A stretch of DNA of 64,000 nt from a virus. Below are positions 26,136-34,807 of this stretch, in pieces (position 1 is the stretch's first letter; the number at the start of each line of letters is the position of its first letter). Under the pieces are notes generated by a model. That model did not search any database. It was not told where the DNA came from and saw only the letters and a list, made by a program, of their open reading frames with translations. The stretch spans positions 1 through 64,000 of IMG/VR virus record IMGVR_UViG_3300044843_000488. One strand, 5' to 3'. The translations under genes and the position numbers were made by a program.

Positions 26136-27751
26136 TAGCGCTGACCCCAGGTAATGCTGGCTTTACAGGAGTTAGACAGATTGTCGACGGATTTAGCAGC
26201 AATAATAAGTACATCCCCGGCTGTCCCGGATGCTGCGGTGGCTTCCCGAGTCAGATACTGACGGGCAAAGGCAAAAATTTCGGTGAGGTCGACCGTATCT
26301 GCTGACCCGTCGCCTGTAAAGAAACTAGCTAGTTGTTCGCCTCCCGTAAACGAAGTAATTGCGTTCGTAGCGCTTTCGGGGGAGTTGAACTCGATTGCTG
26401 AGAGGGTGCCAGTACTCGTAAACGCGGTTACCGGAGTCGAGGAGGCATCGCTCATCGTGGCCGGATTCTTAAACAGGGCAAACTGAGCTCTGGCTTCACT
26501 GCACATCGACAGCACCAGAGGGAACACCCTCATCAGGTTTCTTTTCGTCTGACCCTGATTATTGGTGATATTCTCTTTAATTCTCAGTGCGAGAAGTGGC
26601 TTGTACGAGGTCGTCCCGATGCTCGCCACTTTTGGACTATCCTTGCTGAAAATTGCAAGCTTGCTATAGTCGCCGCCATCAATGGAGATCTGGGCTCCGT
26701 ACTTGCGAATGTAGGAATTTGCCGACAGTGCACCAGTCTTCTCAATGCGGAACTGCATCGGAAGCGTTGGGTTCCCCAGCGACGGGTATGGGATTCTGTC
26801 TGAGCAGTTCAGATTGTGCGCAATGACCCAGCGGGAGGCTTTTACTGTTTCACCGCTAGGCAGGTTGGCATCGACAGGCACGTAAAACAACAGCCTTGAC
26901 CCGGTACCGCCATACCAGCCGTATTCAATACGGCACATCACCAGATTGGTCAGGCTGAGCTGGTGAGCCGATTTGGTATCAGCGGCACCCAGAATGGTCG
27001 TATTTGCACCGACCATCGTGTCGCCATTCCAAAAACGGCGCGGAACAATCTCTTCCATCACAGTGGGAGAGGTCGACACGAGTTGATAAACGGTGCCTCT
27101 ATCAGTACGGCTCGGTTGAGCGGTCATTACAGCCGCATCAACGGTAAAGGTGGTTGGGTCAGTACCTTGAGCCGTGTAGCCCTTCAGGTGGTCTTGTGGC
27201 CGCTCACCCGAGCTGGTCCGGCGCACGTAGTAGAGCTCGTCACCGACGATCCTCAGGAAATAGCCGTCCGTGCTGTCGAACATGCCAAACTCAATCTTGG
27301 CATTCGCGTCACGGCTCATGGCGACGCCAAAGGACGCCGAAGTAATGCGGCCGGTTTGGTACGGGAAGGCTTGCTTGGTGATCAAGCTAGCCAGCGCCCC
27401 ATTCGAAGCGGACGGGGTAACAAGCACTTCTGCTGCAGACTGCTGCAGAAGGTGATTGACCTGCGTTACCCGGCTTCCAGAGGCCGTTTGTTCATTCTTA
27501 GCCCAGATATTGGTGTCAATATCGAGCAGGTTAGTATCATCAAAAATTGCCAGGGGCGTTTGCACCCTTGGGATCCCCAGCAAGTCATCCCTGACTTGTG
27601 AAGGTGCAGACAAGTTGTCGAGGATTGGGATCGGACTCTGATCCGATGCCACCACCACAGGGAGGGAATTAGCCGAGGTCGCCTGACCAGCCGGAATAGG
27701 CGTTGTGCGACCTACTGTAATTACACTTACGCCTTCTTCAACGTCGGGCAT
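26135..27751 (-). CDS. Virion structural protein
   Basis: SLPVVVASDQ, DLLGIPR, YQTGRI and EYGWYG motifs. Confidence 0.7.
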   Translation of the reverse strand: MPDVEEGVSVITVGRTTPIPAGQATSANSLPVVVASDQSPIPILDNLSAPSQVRDDLLGIPRVQTPLAIFDDTNLLDIDTNIWAKNEQTASGSRVTQVNHLLQQSAAEVLVTPSASNGALASLITKQAFPYQTGRITSASFGVAMSRDANAKIEFGMFDSTDGYFLRIVGDELYYVRRTSSGERPQDHLKGYTAQGTDPTTFTVDAAVMTAQPSRTDRGTVYQLVSTSPTVMEEIVPRRFWNGDTMVGANTTILGAADTKSAHQLSLTNLVMCRIEYGWYGGTGSRLLFYVPVDANLPSGETVKASRWVIAHNLNCSDRIPYPSLGNPTLPMQFRIEKTGALSANSYIRKYGAQISIDGGDYSKLAIFSKDSPKVASIGTTSYKPLLALRIKENITNNQGQTKRNLMRVFPLVLSMCSEARAQFALFKNPATMSDASSTPVTAFTSTGTLSAIEFNSPESATNAITSFTGGEQLASFFTGDGSADTVDLTEIFAFARQYLTREATAASGTAGDVLIIAAKSVDNLSNSCKASITWGQR

Positions 27752-27762
27752 TGAAACAAACC

Positions 27763-28488
27763 TCAGCTAACTGAATCTCTTGAGATACGCGGAATCACTT
27801 CCAATGTGCCTATGGCCAGCGTATCTTCCTTATACACAGATATTGTACCCGAGCTCGCACTAACACTGAATGCGGGCGCACCTGCGGATGTGGGTACTAA
27901 TTCAAATACTGTTGGACTAATAATCTGAAGTGTATTTGCTGAGAAATTAACCCCGTCGTAAACCGTCTGCCCAGTTCCAGATATTAGGACCTGATCTTTT
28001 TCGGTCAAGCCGTGGTTGGTCGTAGTCGTAATTCTGACTCTGTTGCTAGTTACACCAGAGCTGCTTGTAAATGCTGTGCCAGCGGCTATCCCACTGATCT
28101 GAGCCTGAGTTTCAGCGAAATACTCTCGAAGATCCCATAGGTAAACACCTTGAGGTTCGTCGGAGGGGTCTACGCCAAAGGAAACACCCGATTGTGTCAG
28201 ACCTCGTTCTTCGTAGCCCAGGGGTACGTTTCTTCCTAGAGCTTCTGTTTGCCTGCTTGTTAGTTTCAGTGCAACAAGACCCTCCGTGGGCTTCAGCCGA
28301 ACTACCCCGAACGAGTCCACCGTTGACGATGGGGCCGTCGTGGTGTTGTTGAAGTATCTACGGATGTCTGCAACTAAGACCGAGTTGGTGTAGTTGTAGG
28401 GCTTACCCCAGGGCTTTTCGACTCGGAGGTACAGTTCATCAAAACTGTCCCCTTCGCGTACAGTGACTGTTATTGGGCTCAGTGCCAT
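27763..28488 (-). CDS. Tail-fibre anchor / BppU-N-like protein
   Basis: ITVREGDSF..ADIRR..YLWDL; similar architecture to 12545-12886. Confidence 0.6.
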   Translation of the reverse strand: MALSPITVTVREGDSFDELYLRVEKPWGKPYNYTNSVLVADIRRYFNNTTTAPSSTVDSFGVVRLKPTEGLVALKLTSRQTEALGRNVPLGYEERGLTQSGVSFGVDPSDEPQGVYLWDLREYFAETQAQISGIAAGTAFTSSSGVTSNRVRITTTTNHGLTEKDQVLISGTGQTVYDGVNFSANTLQIISPTVFELVPTSAGAPAFSVSASSGTISVYKEDTLAIGTLEVIPRISRDSVS

Positions 28489-28490
28489 AT

Positions 28491-29243
28491 CTACTTAGCT
28501 GCAAGCTGGTTAATTAGGCGCTGATGGGGCGTCAACTGACCCTCTCCCACTGCCGGACTTGTAGGAGCCGTAGGCGCTCTATCTAACTTTAACTGATATA
28601 GTTCGACCACGGATTTGTAGTACTCACTGTTTAACTGCTGTAGCTCTTTGTTCTGGGCCTCTAGGTTTCTGATGCGTTCCAGAAGTGCCTGATCAGCGAC
28701 GGGGACATATTCTTTTATCGTCTTGGTGAGTGGCTTCTTTGTCTCTCTTAGGGCCTCAAGCTCAGTATCTTTTAGCTGCATAGCCCTTTCGTGAGCCTGC
28801 TCTAGGCGGGTAACTTTTGCTTCAAGTTCCTCTTTATCTTCCTCCATAGCTTCCACACTGTCCTTAAACTTCTGGATTTCAGCCAGCAGCACGCTCACTT
28901 CCTCTGCCAGTCGCATCGCTTGCAGCTTGCAGAAAGTATCTGCTTGCTCGGTTTCCGCTCCCTCATTCCGCTGGTTATCGTCCTTTGGTGATAGGTCTAG
29001 TTCCTCTTGGTTGGGTATGCGCCACTTTAAGGTGTAGACCGTATCTCGGATATCTCCTTCTTCCTTATATCCGACCTCGTAGTAGATGCCAGGTGGAGTC
29101 GCTGTCAACTCAATATCGATTGCGCCATTCTTGACTGGATAATGACGTTCGTATTTGTCAGCACCAAAAAATGGTTTTGACGGTTTGATTGCGACTACAC
29201 CGTTTCTGTCATCCTCAAACAATCGGCCCAACACCCGTGTCAT
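28491..29243 (-). CDS. Coiled-coil hypothetical protein
   Basis: Likely start MTRVLG at 29243 (TGATG coupling); heptad-rich C-terminal half. Confidence 0.65.
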   Translation of the reverse strand: MTRVLGRLFEDDRNGVVAIKPSKPFFGADKYERHYPVKNGAIDIELTATPPGIYYEVGYKEEGDIRDTVYTLKWRIPNQEELDLSPKDDNQRNEGAETEQADTFCKLQAMRLAEEVSVLLAEIQKFKDSVEAMEEDKEELEAKVTRLEQAHERAMQLKDTELEALRETKKPLTKTIKEYVPVADQALLERIRNLEAQNKELQQLNSEYYKSVVELYQLKLDRAPTAPTSPAVGEGQLTPHQRLINQLAAK

Positions 29244-29656
29244 CAGACTTCGCGGTAAGCAATACTTATACCAATGGTAGTGCCCGCAGTTGGCAGCCAA
29301 GCATGCAACACATTGAGCTTTTCTCCTGCTCCCGTCTGAAATAGCCCCAATGGATTACTAATCGCAATTGTGCCATTCTTAGGGGCATAGATATGTCCAG
29401 TCAGGTTCGTTGTTGTATTTGACTGAAACTGCAATCTAAACGCCTCATCAGCACTGGCGATTAGGCTCATTACCCTGATTCGCTTTCCCGATACGGCACC
29501 GATAAGATCATCTGACCCGGTAATGTTGCCCGCCCAGAACTTTAGATCGCTGGTGAACTGGTCGTGAAACGTGATAAATGGGTCAGCGGTAGTCCCTGCT
29601 CCGCTTGACCTGATATACGCATCACTACCGTTTGCGTCTCTTCCAAACAGTGGCAT
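29243..29656 (-). CDS. Virion structural protein
   Basis: Coupled gene in the tail operon. Confidence 0.65.
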   Translation of the reverse strand: MPLFGRDANGSDAYIRSSGAGTTADPFITFHDQFTSDLKFWAGNITGSDDLIGAVSGKRIRVMSLIASADEAFRLQFQSNTTTNLTGHIYAPKNGTIAISNPLGLFQTGAGEKLNVLHAWLPTAGTTIGISIAYREV

Positions 29657-30022
29657 TTAAATAATCCCTAAATAGAACGAGGTGTTCCTGTAGTCGCGAA
29701 AATCCGAGGTAAAGCCGTACAGGGCTAGCCATCTTGAGGTTTCCCATGCAGAGGAGACCCCTGAGCGCAACATTGCTCTAACCCTAACTCTAACGGCTCT
29801 TTCAAACGTGAAATTCAGTACGGCCGAGTTTAGCGTCAGCTTACCCAGGCTGAACCATTCATCCTTGTCGCTGTCATTTGTTTGATATTCAAGCTCGTAG
29901 TTTGCCAGCCTAGGATCCGGTCTAACTTGTGCGAACGCCACTCCTGAGAACAGCATGTCCACAATTGAATAATCCTTAAACGTTAAGGCGGGCCAGTCTA
30001 CAGTAATCTTCGTGGTTGCCAT
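29657..30022 (-). CDS. Fn3-like tail tip-associated protein
   Basis: YELEYQ...VRVRAM..SAW Fn3-like pattern; follows the J-like gene. Confidence 0.55.
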   Translation of the reverse strand: MATTKITVDWPALTFKDYSIVDMLFSGVAFAQVRPDPRLANYELEYQTNDSDKDEWFSLGKLTLNSAVLNFTFERAVRVRVRAMLRSGVSSAWETSRWLALYGFTSDFRDYRNTSFYLGII

Positions 30023-32562
30023 TATGGACTGACCAAGATAGTGAAAGAGATAGGAGAACCAAGTTTTGGCGTTCCCGTAGGGCTAAACAAACTTGTTCCC
30101 AGAGTAGCGAGAGTGTCTTTTGTTTCTGATTCCATAAATTCAAACTTCTTTTGGTCATATTTAATTGCCACCACGTTATACGTCCCATTTCCTTCTTCTG
30201 AAATCTCCTGAATCCTGTAGCGGCGGAATGATTTCTCTTCAGATTCCTTTACCAGGATCCATGAGTGTTTGACTGTAGGCGTGGACGAATAGGTGCTTGT
30301 ACTCAGTACGCGGCCAGCCAAGCCAGAGACTGTTGCTTTCATGCAGACTCCAGTCGCCCCATACACGTATAGCGAGTATCCGGCGTAAATACCAGCTGGT
30401 AGGTCTCGGTCAATCGTGACTGAGGTAGTGGATGCGGCACTCACACGACCCCCGTACGTTCCCGGTGTCTTATTTCCATCAGCGATCATCACGATGTCGC
30501 CGGGCAGTAACAAGATGCCTTCGCTCGCGACCCTGAACGTCACAGTCTCTGTGTTATAGATATTACTTCCAATCGTGTAACGCCCAAGCCGCTGTGCTTG
30601 AGCTTGACTGGTACAACCCAGAGCTCGAATATTTACTGGCCGATAGCCATAGCGATCAATCCCTTCGGGGTGGTGAACTGCAACTTTTGTTTCTTGGTAA
30701 AACCTGTTTGGGTCTACAAAGCTTACATTTGCAATAGTTCTACGCGCGGCCTTTGCCACACCCTCATAAGTAAAGCAGGGCGCCTTGACAGTACCATCCT
30801 CTTCTTTTTCCTGAATCACATTTGATTCCGTAAATAGCTTTAGTTCGCTCTCCGACGTGTAGGCTTTATCTACGACAACACCAATCTTTCCGCCCGCGTA
30901 ATACAGCGATCCCTGGAATGTCGATGCTACGCCCTTTATGAGATCATAGGCGTCAGATGCTCCATCTATAACACCATTAAACGTTATACCTTTGTCTTCA
31001 CAGTAGTTTGCTGCTTCTTTAAACGAGCCTAAATCGACATCCTCCATCCGAATGCCCGGCTGAACAACTGTCCCGCCTCCCGAAGTTGTTTTTGTATAAC
31101 TACGTCCTCCCGCCCCATATCTAGGGTTGGTTATCAGATCGAGGAGTACATATACGGGATTTGTGCTGTATTGGTAGGTAATTGACAAGCTGCTTGTAAT
31201 GCATGGCACTTTTATCCCCTTACACTTTGCATAGATTGTCGGCATCTGAGTAAATTCAGACACATCAAACTTCAGTCCAAGCATTGCCGACTTAGGGAAT
31301 TTGAGTTTTTCACTCCACATGACATCAGCAGACACAAAGGTCACATCACCTTTGACCCATTGCCAACTTTCACTATCTTCATCTCCTGCTCGGCTCTCCG
31401 GATCGGGGACCCCGTCTCTGTCCAAGCGCGTAATCCTTATGCTGATTGGTTGAGGAACGCCGCTGATATCAACTTCTAGTACATCAAGCTTTTGGGATTT
31501 AACGGGACCGCTGTTCCCCCATTCAAATAGCTTGCTATAGAAAGTCAATCCATTTCCGTTAATACACTCGACGATATACCTTAGAAAATTTGTCTTGCCC
31601 CTAGTTGTGTAATCTCTGTACCTCGTCCATGAAGAGCCTTTTGCCCCGTAGCTGTTGACGCAGTAGCAGGGCCCATACGTCAGACGGATTTTTAACGTAT
31701 CCGCGTATGGCTGCTGAAATGAACGAATTACCTGTTGATTTGGCGTAGTACCCTCCATTGCCTGAAGGGTGGCGCCAGCTGAGAGGTGAAAACCACCTGA
31801 TTTAACAAATGAGCATGGTTGAGCTGTCTGTTCCCCGTCGCTTAGTTCGATGTTGTCAACGCTTGAGGAGGCTAGACGCGCCCCATTCAAATAAATGTTG
31901 TCCTTTGCCTCTCCTGCCAGCCCCTCAATCTGACCTTCTGATACTACGCCTAGGTAGTAGCCCTTATTGTCATCGATGTAGGAGCTAACAATTGGGATGC
32001 TCTGGCATAAAAACGTTCCATAGAGTAATGGAATCGGTGCGCCTTGACCGGCTGTAGATTGAGCTCCGTCAAATACAGCATCATCTGCTTCTCGCCCTTC
32101 GTCACTTTTATCCCCCTGCGGAGTTCCAGGCGCCAAGAGACCAGCAACTCCAGTGAATAACAAGCCAAAACCTAAAGCCGCGATCGCACTCTGTATACCA
32201 GCGGAAATAGTACCTACTGCGCCAAATGCAACCAAGCCAAAGCCGGTAAAGGCGAAGACTATAAGGACGATGCCCAAGAAGATATTAAGGATATTCTTCC
32301 AAAGATCTGCAGAGCCTGTAATAACCGGGACAAGGATAAGCTCTGAACACCCCATTGCAAGTTCTTCCGCGTTAACGCCCTCCTTATTCCTGTTCGTTAA
32401 TACCCGCCAGTAAATCCCAAACTCGTGTGAACCTTCCATGAAGGTCCTAAATCCGGGTATTCTATGGCTCAGTGCTCTGATGGCGTCGTTAGGACTATGT
32501 ACATCTAAATTAAATTCACGCCCAAAGCGCTTACCAGCTACTCCTTCCAGAATGATCTTCAT
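30022..32562 (-). CDS. Tail tip protein: lambda gpI-like N-terminus fused to a gpJ-like central fibre/hub
   Basis: I-like part: FGREF..AIRAL..VPVITG, hydrophobic stretch, PIPLLYG. J-like part: SEGQIEGL, NPVYVLLDLITNPRYG, GCTS..QAQRLG, PGDIV. Confidence 0.85.
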   Translation of the reverse strand: MKIILEGVAGKRFGREFNLDVHSPNDAIRALSHRIPGFRTFMEGSHEFGIYWRVLTNRNKEGVNAEELAMGCSELILVPVITGSADLWKNILNIFLGIVLIVFAFTGFGLVAFGAVGTISAGIQSAIAALGFGLLFTGVAGLLAPGTPQGDKSDEGREADDAVFDGAQSTAGQGAPIPLLYGTFLCQSIPIVSSYIDDNKGYYLGVVSEGQIEGLAGEAKDNIYLNGARLASSSVDNIELSDGEQTAQPCSFVKSGGFHLSAGATLQAMEGTTPNQQVIRSFQQPYADTLKIRLTYGPCYCVNSYGAKGSSWTRYRDYTTRGKTNFLRYIVECINGNGLTFYSKLFEWGNSGPVKSQKLDVLEVDISGVPQPISIRITRLDRDGVPDPESRAGDEDSESWQWVKGDVTFVSADVMWSEKLKFPKSAMLGLKFDVSEFTQMPTIYAKCKGIKVPCITSSLSITYQYSTNPVYVLLDLITNPRYGAGGRSYTKTTSGGGTVVQPGIRMEDVDLGSFKEAANYCEDKGITFNGVIDGASDAYDLIKGVASTFQGSLYYAGGKIGVVVDKAYTSESELKLFTESNVIQEKEEDGTVKAPCFTYEGVAKAARRTIANVSFVDPNRFYQETKVAVHHPEGIDRYGYRPVNIRALGCTSQAQAQRLGRYTIGSNIYNTETVTFRVASEGILLLPGDIVMIADGNKTPGTYGGRVSAASTTSVTIDRDLPAGIYAGYSLYVYGATGVCMKATVSGLAGRVLSTSTYSSTPTVKHSWILVKESEEKSFRRYRIQEISEEGNGTYNVVAIKYDQKKFEFMESETKDTLATLGTSLFSPTGTPKLGSPISFTILVSP

Positions 32563-32897
32563 AGCTCTTTAAGCACCTCTGCAAAAACCGTTAGTCCTTC
32601 ACTTGCTGTCCAACGTTCCAGTCTGTCGCTTTCGACGATGTACACGTAGGAAGTTAATTCCATATTCGCAGCTACTGCCAAGTCATGGTCGCTAAAACCC
32701 GAAGTTCCCTTTGGGTGCGAATGAAAGATCGTATCTGGTCTGTGCTTTAAGTAGTCCTCTGCAGATATGACAAAGCTGTCAATTGGATTATCAGATGAGT
32801 TCTTGCATCTAACGGCAGCGCCGTTTACCACGACCCCACAAGCTTCTTCAGGTAGAGCCTCAATGCACAACTGCGCTATGTGTTTGTGTAAGTTCAT
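32559..32897 (-). CDS. Tail assembly protein K-like, JAB/MPN domain only
   Basis: PEEACG, HSHP and SDHD metal-binding motif; no NlpC/P60 domain. Confidence 0.85.
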   Translation of the reverse strand: MNLHKHIAQLCIEALPEEACGVVVNGAAVRCKNSSDNPIDSFVISAEDYLKHRPDTIFHSHPKGTSGFSDHDLAVAANMELTSYVYIVESDRLERWTASEGLTVFAEVLKEL

Positions 32898-33535
32898 GCT
32901 GTTGTCGCTGGGAATCCCCCAAATGGGTAGGGCTCCGAGTTTCTTTCTTTACAGTCTTCTAGAGTCTTAGCGCACGTGAGCTTGGTCGATGTGGAGCCGC
33001 ACTCAGGGCTGCCATAGGCAAATGGACAGAAATTGGCGTATAACTTTCTGGTCGGTATCTGGAGTCCCTCTATATCCATCGCAGACGCTAATTCATAAAT
33101 CACACCTAGGTTTGTCTCTTCCGTCTTTCGGTTGAACCACCACAGCTCTGGTGTAAATACCGCTGCAGCGTCATACGTAGACTGCGTTACCCCTCCCACT
33201 GAGTGCAAATATTTTGCGTAGGTTCTCAGCCTCCACAATCTAAATCCAATGAGATCGTCAAAGTCGTACGACAGACTTGTCATTTGTCCGTCTACATTTG
33301 CAATTGACAGCTTTGGGTTGGGTAGCCGATTGCTTCCTGTGAGCTTGAAATCTGCCGCTGCAATTGGCACGGGTTGATAGTTGACCAAACTAGTAGCGTC
33401 TAATCTTTCGTCGACGTAGCGAACTGATTTTCCACCGGTTTGTTCCGGTGAAACGAGGTATATCTTTCCGCCCCATTTTGGGCTTAGGTGGCTACCGTCA
33501 ATAATGTACAGATTGATAAGGGCGTCTTGTTGCAT
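32894..33535 (-). CDS. Minor tail protein L
   Basis: PKLSIANVDG, RTYAKYL, ELAS..D, four C-terminal Cys and PFGGFP. Confidence 0.88.
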   Translation of the reverse strand: MQQDALINLYIIDGSHLSPKWGGKIYLVSPEQTGGKSVRYVDERLDATSLVNYQPVPIAAADFKLTGSNRLPNPKLSIANVDGQMTSLSYDFDDLIGFRLWRLRTYAKYLHSVGGVTQSTYDAAAVFTPELWWFNRKTEETNLGVIYELASAMDIEGLQIPTRKLYANFCPFAYGSPECGSTSTKLTCAKTLEDCKERNSEPYPFGGFPATTA

Positions 33536-33537
33536 TA

Positions 33538-34446
33538 CTAGATTCCGCGCAGCTCCTTAACCAATTTGACGCTTAGTTTCCCTGGTCTGTTTACTCCATT
33601 ACTCTCTGTCTGTTTATACCCCTCCCATAAACCCTTTGTGCTCGCAGAATCAAACACAAATGACGCGGCAGATTTGGATGAGTCTTGGTATTCCTTGAGC
33701 TTTTCTTTGTAAGTACCTAGAGTTGGTCCTACGCTGTCATTCCAGGCAAGGCCAACAAGCCTATTCATATGAGCTTCCCAGTCGCTCAGTCCTCCTTTAC
33801 CGTCATAAGCAATGGGAACATTGCCAAAGCCTGAGTAATAGTCAGTATTTCTGTCGACAGAACCCCACGAAAATCCGCTTAGTGTGTATGTTTGATGTGG
33901 CTCTCGCTTGGTGAACAGATTGTTATACCCACTCTCGGCGGCCAGGAGATCAATCCAGTTTGCTCCTCTGGTGGGTAAGTATCTCCACATCTTCGGGGTG
34001 TTTACATTCATACCTGTTTCGGGATCAGTTGTTGTCTCGATCCATACATACGGATATCCTTCACTCGGCGTAGATTGTGGAGATCCCGGCCAATTCATAT
34101 TTATCCAGAAACAGGTCTCCGTGCTATCTGCTAGCTCCTCGAATAAGGGATTCGATCCACCCACGCTAGGTGTGGGGTAGCTTCCGCTCTTCAAGGTTGA
34201 TCCAGAGGACTCATATCTCTTGAAATAATTCCAGGGCTCAACACCTATCTTTCTGTCGTACAGACTTTCAACCTCTATAGTCGTAAAGTCCTTGATTTTG
34301 CCTGGGTAGCTATTAAGTAAGTCCTTCCTGTCCTCGTAAAACTTCTGTTCCGCATCTTGCAATGCTTTTATGGCGCTGAGAACTTCCGTTGTCTTTGGCA
34401 ACGTGACATCCATGGTTCCCGTGTTGACAACAGGGTATCTGGCCAT
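33538..34446 (-). CDS. Hypothetical tail-tip region protein
   Basis: 302-aa ORF inserted between the M and L genes. Confidence 0.65.
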   Translation of the reverse strand: MARYPVVNTGTMDVTLPKTTEVLSAIKALQDAEQKFYEDRKDLLNSYPGKIKDFTTIEVESLYDRKIGVEPWNYFKRYESSGSTLKSGSYPTPSVGGSNPLFEELADSTETCFWINMNWPGSPQSTPSEGYPYVWIETTTDPETGMNVNTPKMWRYLPTRGANWIDLLAAESGYNNLFTKREPHQTYTLSGFSWGSVDRNTDYYSGFGNVPIAYDGKGGLSDWEAHMNRLVGLAWNDSVGPTLGTYKEKLKEYQDSSKSAASFVFDSASTKGLWEGYKQTESNGVNRPGKLSVKLVKELRGI

Positions 34447-34450
34447 ACGT

Positions 34451-34807
34451 TTAAGGAGTAAATGCTTCCTGCAGTGTGAACGTGTAAATCCTTCTGTTTG
34501 TAGAGGGTAGTACCTGTTCTGTGTAGCTACCGTTCTTTAGACGATACCTTTTTGACGAGCTTGAGAACGGCGTAATCGTTGCGAGGAAATAGTCTCCTAC
34601 CGCCACTAAGTCGAGATTGGCCTTCAGCGCACTGGCGTCGGCTGTCCGCAGTGGCTTGGTCGTTATCTCGTATTCAGTGATTTTCGAGTTTATGCCGTCC
34701 TTCTGGATTTGCTCGTAGCCATCGCCGAATCCGTACTTCTTTACCCTATGCGTCACCTTCTCGGTGACGTTAAGGGTCAGATCTAAGGCAAGTGCTCTAT
34801 CGGCCAC
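34451..34807 (-). CDS. Minor tail protein M (distal tail)
   Basis: FGDGYEQ..DGIN signature. Confidence 0.88.
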   Translation of the reverse strand: MADRALALDLTLNVTEKVTHRVKKYGFGDGYEQIQKDGINSKITEYEITTKPLRTADASALKANLDLVAVGDYFLATITPFSSSSKRYRLKNGSYTEQVLPSTNRRIYTFTLQEAFTP

